Assembly (NCBI GenBank): GCA_963667175.2
Contig: CAXXXF010000014.1
Span: forward strand, 334,072 to 398,071
Length of the DNA stretch: 64,000 nucleotides
Origin: Candidatus Latescibacterota bacterium
Lineage (GTDB): Bacteria > Latescibacterota > UBA2968 > GCA-2709665
Direction: 5' to 3'
Program-made: the position numbers and the translations under genes
Notes under the pieces: generated by a model
Database searches by the model: none
What the model was told of the DNA's origin: nothing
Seen by the model: only the letters and a program-made list of their open reading frames with translations
In this document: piece by piece, positions 26,874-35,576 of the stretch
How positions within the stretch are numbered: the stretch's first letter is position 1
Layout of the letters: every line of letters starts with the position of its first letter

Positions 26874-27977
26874 TCAGTAAACGCCCACCACGACCGACTC
26901 CTGCATTTCGGAGAACAGTCCCAGATTCCTCACCCCGTCCCACGGAAACGCCCCGCTCGGTTCCGCCCGTTCGCCCTCGTCCCGTTCCAGAAACCGCGGC
27001 ATGAAGAACTCGCGGGTCAGCGTCGTCAGCATCACGCGGCCAACGGTGTTGTAATCCACCAGCCGGTCCGGATGATCGGGATCCACCAATTCGATCACCG
27101 CCCTGGGAACCGGCGGATAATAGGTGATGGCATAATTGTCCGAAGGCTCCAGCGGCTTGGAATACGCCAATCCCATCAATGTATTTCCGTAGGTCGGCAC
27201 GAAATCGATGCCGGGAATGAGTTCCTCCCTGGCGAACCGGTTGAACTGTGCGTCCATCTCGGTTCCCCCGCAGAAAATTCCGGTTATCCCGGCTTTCTTC
27301 AGCGAGATCTTTTCGCAGATCGCTTCGAGAAGCTTCGGGGTCGTGAACATACACTTCACATGGTCGTTCGCCCGAAGAATGGTCAGCGCCTGGTCGATCA
27401 CGTGCGCCTTGTAGAGATCCAGTTCCTGGAGCGCTCCCCGAGCAATCAATTTGTTCACCCACCTGGGATCCAGGTCCACCAGGAAACAGACCCCGCCGCG
27501 GATCTGGCAGAGGTATTCAACCGCCAGGCGCAGTCGCCTCGGACCCGTCGGACCCAGCATCAGCCAGTCGGCGCCCCTCGGAAACGTCTCGTTTGAAAGG
27601 TACCCGCTGAACGTCTCGTAGTCGATCTGAAAGTCATCCTGGCTGATCCGGTATTTCGCGACGCCCGTGGACCCTCCCGTCTCAAAGACAAACGTCCGCT
27701 TCCCGGCGCTTCCCCGGGGAATCCAGCGGCGCACCGGGCCCCCGCGAAGCCAATCGTCCTGAAAATGACCCAGAATCTTCAGATCCGCGAAACGACCGAT
27801 CTCCCCGCGTGGATCGAAATCCAGCCCATCCGCGAATTCCAGCCAGAACGGGCAGCCGGTTTCGGGATTGAAGTGCCACGCTACCGTCTCCCGAACGTGG
27901 GCATCCAGTTCGTCTCTCGCAATCTTGATTTTGTCGGCAATTTGCATGTTCTTCGCGACCCGCTCCTCAGTCGTCAT
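26874..27977 (-). CDS. Short adenylate-forming protein of the GriC/EhpF/LuxE-like group
   Basis: WHFNPETGCPFW, FETGGSTG P-loop, GGTE, YGNT, VDYNTVGRVMLTTL, FLERD; lacks the usual C-terminal subdomain; adjacent to ALDH-fold gene. Confidence 0.7.
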   Translation of the reverse strand: MTTEERVAKNMQIADKIKIARDELDAHVRETVAWHFNPETGCPFWLEFADGLDFDPRGEIGRFADLKILGHFQDDWLRGGPVRRWIPRGSAGKRTFVFETGGSTGVAKYRISQDDFQIDYETFSGYLSNETFPRGADWLMLGPTGPRRLRLAVEYLCQIRGGVCFLVDLDPRWVNKLIARGALQELDLYKAHVIDQALTILRANDHVKCMFTTPKLLEAICEKISLKKAGITGIFCGGTEMDAQFNRFAREELIPGIDFVPTYGNTLMGLAYSKPLEPSDNYAITYYPPVPRAVIELVDPDHPDRLVDYNTVGRVMLTTLTREFFMPRFLERDEGERAEPSGAFPWDGVRNLGLFSEMQESVVVGVY

Positions 27978-29067
27978 CCCGCCACGCGTCCAACGGATGC
28001 CGTCGGTCGGAAAGCGGCAGTGCAATCCGGCGTCCGCCTTCCCTGTGGGACTGGTAGATGCCCAGGATCATCTCGAAAGCCGTCCGGGCCGCTTCGCCGC
28101 TTGACGGCGGTTCCGTCCCTTCCTCGATCGCCGCGGCGATGCGGCGGTACATCCTGGCAATGGAATCCCGGGCCTCCGATCCTGCCGACTCGACGGGCGT
28201 CCAGTCCCCCTGGCCCCCCGGCAACCCTTCCATCGGCCTGGGCAGATGCCAAAGCGCCTGTCCAACGCTGCCGGAAGCGCGGACCGACAATTGCCCGTGG
28301 GTTCCGATGACGTCCACGCCGTAATTTGCGCTGTTGGGCGACGCGAATTCCAGGAAATGGATTTCCCCCAGAACGCCCCCCTCGAATCCGTACTGAGCCA
28401 CCGCGCGGTCGCCCATCACCAGCCCGGAATCCCTGTCCTTCGGCGACATCTCCTTTGCTTCCATGATGTCGTTGACGTCCGCCAGGCGTCCCTGAAAATA
28501 AACGCTGCCGGCGCACCACACGGGCCGGCCGCCGAAGCGCATCATCATATCCGCCACGTGCGTTCCCATCTCCGTAAACTCGTTTCCGCTACGCCGCCCG
28601 GACTTGTTCCGGCCGCGCACCAGCACGACCTCCCCGACGTCCCCGTTGCGTACCATTTCCCGCGCCTTCAGGACCGCCGAACTCTCGTGGCTCTGCTGGT
28701 TGACGGCAAGACGCGCGCCCGATGCCGCGGCCGCCGCGACCATCTCGTCCGCCTCTGCGGGGTCGATGGCAATCGGCTTCTCGCATAGTACGGATAGACC
28801 GCGCTTCAGCGCCGCCACGGTGGGCGCGTGATGCCCCCTGGTCTGGGTGGCCACCACGACGAGATCGGGCCGCGCCTCGTCGTACATCCGATCGAAATCC
28901 AGGAACCGCGCCGGCACGCCGTGCGCGTCTCCGGTCTCCCTGAGGGTCCCGGCAAACACGTCGCAGATCCCGGCAACCTCGAAGCCGGACAGCCCGCCAA
29001 TGACACTCAGATGCTGGCGCCCCATCCCCCCGCAACCGACCAGAACGACCCGAACCGTCTTCCCCAC
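27967..29067 (-). CDS. Gfo/Idh/MocA family oxidoreductase
   Basis: VGCGGMG, LCEKPIA, MGTHVAD; AAAGGAG RBS before GTG 29067. Confidence 0.9.
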   Translation of the reverse strand: MGKTVRVVLVGCGGMGRQHLSVIGGLSGFEVAGICDVFAGTLRETGDAHGVPARFLDFDRMYDEARPDLVVVATQTRGHHAPTVAALKRGLSVLCEKPIAIDPAEADEMVAAAAASGARLAVNQQSHESSAVLKAREMVRNGDVGEVVLVRGRNKSGRRSGNEFTEMGTHVADMMMRFGGRPVWCAGSVYFQGRLADVNDIMEAKEMSPKDRDSGLVMGDRAVAQYGFEGGVLGEIHFLEFASPNSANYGVDVIGTHGQLSVRASGSVGQALWHLPRPMEGLPGGQGDWTPVESAGSEARDSIARMYRRIAAAIEEGTEPPSSGEAARTAFEMILGIYQSHREGGRRIALPLSDRRHPLDAWRDDD

Positions 29068-29078
29068 GGCAGCTCCTT

Positions 29079-30167
29079 TCAATTCCCGTCTTCCCAGCCG
29101 TCCGGCGCCAGCCTGGACAGGGGATTCTGACGGTGGCATTCTTCCATCACCGCCACTTGCGCCGCGACCTGCTCCGGCGTAATGAACAACGGCGCGCCTT
29201 CGCGCAATACGTCGTACAGGTGGTCGTAATACGCCCTGGACATATACGTGAACGCTTGCTTTTCCTCCTCATCGGGCGCCCACGACTCCTCGGTCCAGGG
29301 CAGCTCCTCGCGGCAATAGCTCGGCCCCGGCAACGGGGACCGCAACAGCCTTTGCTCGGGCGCATCCGCTGGATCGAAATACCGCCACCTGATCCCTTCG
29401 GCGCCGCCCGCCAACCCGCCCCGTGTGCCGTAGACACGATACATGTCGTCGGAATACGGGTCGCACGAAGAGATCTCAAGGTCGATCGTGGGAGATCCGG
29501 GGCGCCGCAGCAGCACCTTGACGTGGTCCTCAGCGTCTCCGTACGTATTCGCCCGGTCCATGACGCAGTGCACCGATGGCTTCTTCCAATCCAGGAGGCA
29601 GAGGGCCTGGTCCATGGGATGGGGCCCGGTATTCAGCAGGTTGCCGCCATTGAACTCCTGCAGCGTCTGCCAGTCCCATCGGCGGGCGAACCCGTTGAAC
29701 GCAATGCGGATCTGCACGATGCGGCCCATGACGCCGGAACCGATCACCCGCTGTATCTGTTGAAAATGCGGCGCGTATCTCGACTGCTGGAACGGCGCGA
29801 AGACTCTGTCCGATCGTTCGGACGCCGCCACCATGCGCCGGAAGTCTTCCGTGCTGGATGCCAGGGGCTTTTCACACACGACGTGATGACCCGCGTCGAA
29901 CGCTTCCTCCGTGGTCCGCGTATGCATATGGCTGGGCAACGCGTTGACCACCAGGTCGAGGTCATCCCGCGCCAGCACGTCCCTGTAGTCCGCGTACGCG
30001 TCGCATTCGAACTCACGTTCCGCGCGGTCGCGACGGTCCCGCAGCAGATCCGACACGGCCGCAATCCGGTATTTCGCGGGGGACCGGACCAGCCACTCCG
30101 CGTGAATATCCCGACCGCTGCGTCCCTGGCCCAGAATGCCGACCCGCACACACCCGCTGCCTGCCAT
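29079..30167 (-). CDS. Gfo/Idh/MocA family oxidoreductase
   Basis: LGQGRSG, VCEKPLA, GGNLLNTGPHPMD; GGAGG RBS. Confidence 0.9.
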   Translation of the reverse strand: MAGSGCVRVGILGQGRSGRDIHAEWLVRSPAKYRIAAVSDLLRDRRDRAEREFECDAYADYRDVLARDDLDLVVNALPSHMHTRTTEEAFDAGHHVVCEKPLASSTEDFRRMVAASERSDRVFAPFQQSRYAPHFQQIQRVIGSGVMGRIVQIRIAFNGFARRWDWQTLQEFNGGNLLNTGPHPMDQALCLLDWKKPSVHCVMDRANTYGDAEDHVKVLLRRPGSPTIDLEISSCDPYSDDMYRVYGTRGGLAGGAEGIRWRYFDPADAPEQRLLRSPLPGPSYCREELPWTEESWAPDEEEKQAFTYMSRAYYDHLYDVLREGAPLFITPEQVAAQVAVMEECHRQNPLSRLAPDGWEDGN

Positions 30168-30194
30168 CTTTCCGGCCTCCATAGATGCTTAACG

Positions 30195-32732
30195 TTATTC
30201 TTCGCCCAGGTCCGCGTCCGCAAGCGCGCCGAGAAGGTAGGGCACGCCGAAAAACAACAGACTGATGTGCATCGGGCTCATTTCGACCGCCCCGCGGCGT
30301 TTCGGATCGTCTCCCCAGTCCTGGCTTTCGATCAGGACCTGCAGCACCGCCTGACCGATCTCCAGGTATTTCACGTTCCCCGTCAGCCGGAACGCGTAGC
30401 CCAGGTGCCGGCACAGGACGCCTCCGTACCGCTCCTGAATGGCTTTCTCCGCGTTCATGGCGTCGGGATAGCCACAGAACCAGTCCACGGCCCGGCGGTA
30501 GACCTCCTCGACGTCTTCCCTTCCGGTGAGCCGGTGCAGCAGTTCCAGGCCCACCAGAAGGTAATGGGTCTGATAGCCCTTCTGCTCCGAAACCGGCAGG
30601 ACCCTGTGAACCGACTTCGCGTCCCCCCTCAGCTTGCGAAACTCGGCATCGGTAAACGGTGAGGCCGTGCCCATCTCCACGGCCAGCGTGGTACCCTCGG
30701 TGGCCATGCCGTACGGCCGCTGGTCGGACAGCCGGTCCGCGGTGGAAATCTGAAACCGTTTGTGCCAGCTTCCATCGTCGTTCTGGCCCCGCGCAATCGC
30801 CTCATACACCTCGAGCGCCCGTGACTTGAAACGCGCCTCTCCCGTAACCTCGTACACGTAAAGCAGACCGCGCAACGCGTTCGATATGCTGCGCAGGCTG
30901 AAGCTGAACGCAGGGTCTTCCGTCCACCGGTATCGCGACAGAAACTCGCCCGCCTCGCGGATCACCTCCAGCGTTCGCAGGTCGCCCGTCAGGTAGTAAT
31001 GGTCCATCCAGCCGTCAAGAAACGTATGGGACGCGCAACTCTCATCTCCGAAATGGTCCACGCTATGGCGGAAACAGCCGCCCACCATATAGGGTCTGAA
31101 CGGGTGATAGTGGCAGGTATCCACGTCCACCGAATGCCGTGTCATGGCTTCACCGAGCAGAAAATACCCCGGCTCGCCCGTCCGCATGTACTGGATCCAG
31201 ACCCCGTGGCGCGGATCCCACTCGCTGTTGCACCACCCCCAGCGACCGTAGAACCGCCAGTCGTCGGTACCCTGGTCCCAGGCCACCAGCGCGTCGCCCC
31301 AGTCAAAAAAGCCGTACCAGGCGCCCAGTTCGATATTCCGTTGCAGCCAGTCGAGGAAGGCCGACATCATCCGCTCGGATTTCGGGAAACGTCCGGCGTC
31401 AAGGGGTTGAAACCCCCCCGTCGCTCCGCCGGCCGCCATTGAGACCGGATCCACAGATACGTGCGGCAGATCAAGCCATCCTCTCAAACGATCGGGAACG
31501 CTGTCGCTTTCCGATGCCCGGTAGAAGCAGACAAAGAACTCGGTTGTCTTGGACGTACCGGTGCCATCCGCGTAAACCCCCTCGCCGTCATCCCACGCCA
31601 CGGCCTCCGAATACCGTTTGAGCGAAAGGCGTTTCCCGTCGGGATCCTTCCAGCAGTACACGTCGATGCCGTCGCCGATGCCCGATACGCCAAGCGCTTT
31701 CGGGTATTCCTCGGGCATGTGGCGCAGGCCGACGCCAACGCCGACCCGTCCGTCCTCGCAGGTGATCCAGCCTTCGGTGCGGTCCCCTTCGGCGAGTGTT
31801 CCCGTGCGCCGGCCCTGACGCCGCTCCAGGCGGAAGTGATTGTGAAGCCGCTGGGAGAGCAACAGCGATTCACCGGCGTCCGCCACACCCGCGATCTCGC
31901 GGCTTGCGGCAACCCTGTAATTCACGGCGCCGGACAACGAGGCCGGCACGCGCAGACCGATTTCCTCCACTTCCGTCTCTCTCGGATTGCATGCCGCGAC
32001 CACGGTGTGCAGCACCCGTAACTCGGAACGGCCGGCATACGCGTAGATTCGAGTCACGAAACGAAACGGCCGATACCCCGCGTAGTGGTGCATCGGCAGA
32101 TCGGCCTCGAAAGCGCCTTCACACCGGATCACGGCCCGGAGCGGGCCGGCTTCCTCGACGCTCACGACGTATGAGGTCTCCGCGAGGGACGCCAGGCAGT
32201 CGCCGCCCATCCCGTAAATGTACCGCTTCCCTTCGTCGTCCAGAAACGACTCGCTGATCCGCACCCAGGCGTCCCCACCGGGACTTGCGACTTCCGTTTC
32301 CGGCGCAAACCCGCCGTCCGCGTCCGTCCTGCCCAACGCGACCGACTCCAACAGGGAAAACCGCCCGCGGTCCACGGCGAACCGGAGGGGACCCGTACAC
32401 ACAACCAGTCTCTCGTCGTCCTCCCGAATACGGACCTCCTCGCCAGGGTCAGCCCGTTCAACGCTCTGAAAGACGATATAGGACGACCTGCCACCCGGCG
32501 GCACATCCGCCTGAAAGTCCACGAGGACCCACTTCAGACTCCCGTCCGGCCACCGACTCAACGTGCGAAACTGCGCGGCCACGGGTCGGCCGTCCGCGTC
32601 TTCCACGCCCAACCGGGCCGGATCCTGAACGGCGCCGCTCGGAAACGGGACCCCCCGCGTCACCGGCCAATTGCAACGTTCGACGCCGGCAGTTTCAACC
32701 ACATGCAACCCGACTGCGACACGTTCCTGCAT
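30195..32732 (-). CDS. Large protein resembling exo-rhamnogalacturonan lyase (PL26/YetA-like)
   Basis: PVTRGVPFP...WPDGSLKW N-terminal barrel, EEAGPLRAVI, WYGFFDWGD, WCNSE, AMTRHSVDVD. Confidence 0.65.
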   Translation of the reverse strand: MQERVAVGLHVVETAGVERCNWPVTRGVPFPSGAVQDPARLGVEDADGRPVAAQFRTLSRWPDGSLKWVLVDFQADVPPGGRSSYIVFQSVERADPGEEVRIREDDERLVVCTGPLRFAVDRGRFSLLESVALGRTDADGGFAPETEVASPGGDAWVRISESFLDDEGKRYIYGMGGDCLASLAETSYVVSVEEAGPLRAVIRCEGAFEADLPMHHYAGYRPFRFVTRIYAYAGRSELRVLHTVVAACNPRETEVEEIGLRVPASLSGAVNYRVAASREIAGVADAGESLLLSQRLHNHFRLERRQGRRTGTLAEGDRTEGWITCEDGRVGVGVGLRHMPEEYPKALGVSGIGDGIDVYCWKDPDGKRLSLKRYSEAVAWDDGEGVYADGTGTSKTTEFFVCFYRASESDSVPDRLRGWLDLPHVSVDPVSMAAGGATGGFQPLDAGRFPKSERMMSAFLDWLQRNIELGAWYGFFDWGDALVAWDQGTDDWRFYGRWGWCNSEWDPRHGVWIQYMRTGEPGYFLLGEAMTRHSVDVDTCHYHPFRPYMVGGCFRHSVDHFGDESCASHTFLDGWMDHYYLTGDLRTLEVIREAGEFLSRYRWTEDPAFSFSLRSISNALRGLLYVYEVTGEARFKSRALEVYEAIARGQNDDGSWHKRFQISTADRLSDQRPYGMATEGTTLAVEMGTASPFTDAEFRKLRGDAKSVHRVLPVSEQKGYQTHYLLVGLELLHRLTGREDVEEVYRRAVDWFCGYPDAMNAEKAIQERYGGVLCRHLGYAFRLTGNVKYLEIGQAVLQVLIESQDWGDDPKRRGAVEMSPMHISLLFFGVPYLLGALADADLGEE

Positions 32733-32949
32733 GATTGGCATCTCCAGATCATCAAACAAAACGATAGACAGGATGGACCTGCCTGCTGAAGCAGGCGAGG
32801 CAGGCAGGATAAAAACACTGGAGTCGAGAAAACAAACAACCCGGCATCGTGTACTGTCAACAGTTTCACGGTGTTCCGGCCGTCTGCATTTTGATGTTTG
32901 CCTTTGATTCAAGCTGACGGCCGATAGCTGATTGCTGACTGCTACCGTT

Positions 32950-34233
32950 TTATTGATCCGACAGATAAGGAATCGTCAACGGGCCGTCCGGCAGCACCGC
33001 CACCCTCGCATGGCCGCCGACCGCCCGGATTTCTTCCCGAAGGGTCGCCTCCAGATCTTCGACGGCGGCCAGCTTGCACGCCTCGATATCAGCCCGATCC
33101 AACCTGGAATAAACGCCCACGTCGACGCGTTCGAGAATGGCAGCCAGGGTCTGCGCCTGCCACTGGTCCGGAATGGGTTCCCGGTCGCGCACCGCCTTCA
33201 GGACGTCCCGGGGCCCCTCTCCGGCCCGCATCAATTCGGCGAAGTTCCCGTGATCCGGCACGCCGTCGCTGCACTCGCTGGCAACGAGCACGGTCCCGCC
33301 GTCTTCCACGATGCGGGCGGCCGCCGACATGCCCTTGACGGCCTGGTAGAGGTTCTGGTCCAGCGGGTACCCGCTGTTCGACGTCAGCGCGACGTGGAAC
33401 GGCCTGTCGACCGGCGCCATCGAGGCCGCCCTGGCGGCGTCGCACCCCCGTCGATGGGCTTCCAGGTAGTTCCCCGCATAGAACCCTGATATCGCCTTTT
33501 CGTCGTTCAGCGTCACGTTGACCAGGAAATCCGGCGGACACAGCGCAACGGCTTCTCGGACCTCCCGTTGCAATGGGTTCCCGTCGAGCACCCCCCATGT
33601 ACTCATCGGATTCGCAATCAGGTCGGACCGATGCAGCCGATAGATCGTTTCGACGCCCGCCACTCCCGGCGCCACGCCCTTCGGCCCACCCGAAAAACCG
33701 GCGAAGAAATGGGGCTCTATGAATCCCAACACAATCCGCTTGTCCGCCTCCACGTACGCTCTGTCCAGCCATACGTCCGTTCCGCATGCGGACCTGCCCA
33801 CGCGCACGTTATTCGATCGGTCGTACGCGTCATGATTCCGGATCCTCAGCCGGTCGGCAACAGCGCTTCCGAACATGCCCTCGATTTCCGCGTCCGTATT
33901 CGCCCGATGCGTGCCGTTTCCCAGCAGCACCGAGACCTGGTCCCCGCGCGCCGGCAGGGCTTCCAGAATCCAGGGAATCAACTGCCGGTTGGGCACGGGG
34001 CGGGTACCGTCGGAGGTGACGATGACCACGTTGTCCCGCGGTGAAACCAGTTCGCCGAGGGGATCCGAGGCGACCGGATTCTCGACCGCCTCCCGAAAAC
34101 GAGATTTCGGATCCGGAATCGCTCCCTCGAAGGAAGGACGTATCACCTCCCATTCCGCCAGGTCGGGGTCCGCACTGACGCTCACGCTGCCGCGCCCGAA
34201 AGCGACCTCGACCCGATGTTCATCAATGAGCAT
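32950..34233 (-). CDS. larA: Nickel-pincer-dependent lactate racemase family protein (substrate unknown)
   Basis: SDGTRPVP, GTHR, NHD, EPHFFAGFSGGPK, GYPLDQNLYQAVKG, DQWQ motifs. Confidence 0.85.
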   Translation of the reverse strand: MLIDEHRVEVAFGRGSVSVSADPDLAEWEVIRPSFEGAIPDPKSRFREAVENPVASDPLGELVSPRDNVVIVTSDGTRPVPNRQLIPWILEALPARGDQVSVLLGNGTHRANTDAEIEGMFGSAVADRLRIRNHDAYDRSNNVRVGRSACGTDVWLDRAYVEADKRIVLGFIEPHFFAGFSGGPKGVAPGVAGVETIYRLHRSDLIANPMSTWGVLDGNPLQREVREAVALCPPDFLVNVTLNDEKAISGFYAGNYLEAHRRGCDAARAASMAPVDRPFHVALTSNSGYPLDQNLYQAVKGMSAAARIVEDGGTVLVASECSDGVPDHGNFAELMRAGEGPRDVLKAVRDREPIPDQWQAQTLAAILERVDVGVYSRLDRADIEACKLAAVEDLEATLREEIRAVGGHARVAVLPDGPLTIPYLSDQ

Positions 34234-34777
34234 CACGATCTCCGATTTTGGCGGATCCTCGTCCACTGCCCGACACCTCCCGTCGCCAGCGAAATCTACG
34301 GCCTGCACGTCCCTTTGTCAAGCACGGCAGGTTGTCTCGAAGCCATTCGGGCGGGGTACCGACCGAACCACGCGATACGACGACGGGCGGTCCAAGACTC
34401 CCTCGCGAAAGCGGGTGTGCGCCACGTAGACGTAAGGCTGTCCGGCTCGGTGATTGCGTTGACATGCGAATGGGCATACGCTATATTTCTCGAATTCCAC
34501 CGCACCGTCACCGTCTCACCGGTCTCAGGCCTCCGCTTCCCGAAACCCGCCCTTTCCTGTCTTATCGATCTGATGCAGGGACAGGAATACCAACCATTCA
34601 CTGCTCCTGGCAGTCACTCTGTTTGCCTTTTCCTGCACTGTTGTATGATGTCCGCCGTCTTCTGTTCGCCGTTTTTTCTTCGTTTTCTCGTTCTCTCGTT
34701 TCTCTGTGTCTTCGTTTCTTCGTATGAGTTCGTTGTCACTCTCGTCGGTGCGTGCAGTACGTCACGGTTTGAATCCT

Positions 34778-35521
34778 ATGTCGGAAACGATTATCGTCGT
34801 CCCGTGTTATAACGAAGCGGGCCGCCTTCCCATTGAAACGTTTCGTGGATTCGTCAGAAGGACGCACGGCATCAGGTTCCTGTTCGTCGACGACGGCAGT
34901 ACTGACGCCACGGCCGAGGTCCTGTCTTCGCTGCAATCCTCGGACACTGGTTCATTTGACGTACACACCCTCACGGAGAACTCCGGCAAGGGCGAGGCCG
35001 TACGGCAGGGATTCCTCAAGGCATTCGAATCCGACCCCGACTACGTCGGATTCTGGGACGCGGACCTCGCCACGCCGCTGGAAGCCATTCGGGAATTCCG
35101 CGGCGTCCTGGACGACAGGCCGGACGTCGAGATGGCCTTTGGCGCACGGGTGCGCCTTCTGGGTAGGGCAATCAGCCGCAACCGGTTGAGGCACTCTCTG
35201 AGCAGACTGTTCGCGATTGCCGCCTCCCTGTTTCTTCGCGTGGACATCTATGACACGCAATGCGGCGCGAAACTGTTCCGGGCAACGCCGGGGCTGCCCT
35301 CGCTTTTTCAGGATCCCTTCGCCACCCGATGGATTTTCGACGTCGAAATCATCGCCAGGTTGATGCGCGCCAGAGCGGGTACGCAGCGACCGCAGGTGCG
35401 GGACGTCGTGTACGAGGTCCCCCTTTCGGAATGGCGGGACGCGGCGGGATCGAAAATCAGGGTTCGCGACTTCGTCATTGCGATTTTCGGTATGATCGAA
35501 ATCTTCCGCAGATATCGATAG
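34778..35521 (+). CDS. Glycosyltransferase family 2 (polyprenyl-phosphate glycosyltransferase-like)
   Basis: VPCYNE, VDDGSTD, NSGKGEAVR, DADLATP, DTQCGAK, WIFDVE. Confidence 0.9.
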   Translation: MSETIIVVPCYNEAGRLPIETFRGFVRRTHGIRFLFVDDGSTDATAEVLSSLQSSDTGSFDVHTLTENSGKGEAVRQGFLKAFESDPDYVGFWDADLATPLEAIREFRGVLDDRPDVEMAFGARVRLLGRAISRNRLRHSLSRLFAIAASLFLRVDIYDTQCGAKLFRATPGLPSLFQDPFATRWIFDVEIIARLMRARAGTQRPQVRDVVYEVPLSEWRDAAGSKIRVRDFVIAIFGMIEIFRRYR

Positions 35522-35576
35522 GTTCGAGGCTGGTATCGACGCTATTTCCACGATCAAAGAAGATCGGGGCGCGTAC

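Noticed and set aside
26824-27462. Long N-terminal extension of the ALDH ORF
   Set aside because: Overlaps the upstream GriC-like gene; ATG 26823 with a GGAG RBS is more plausible
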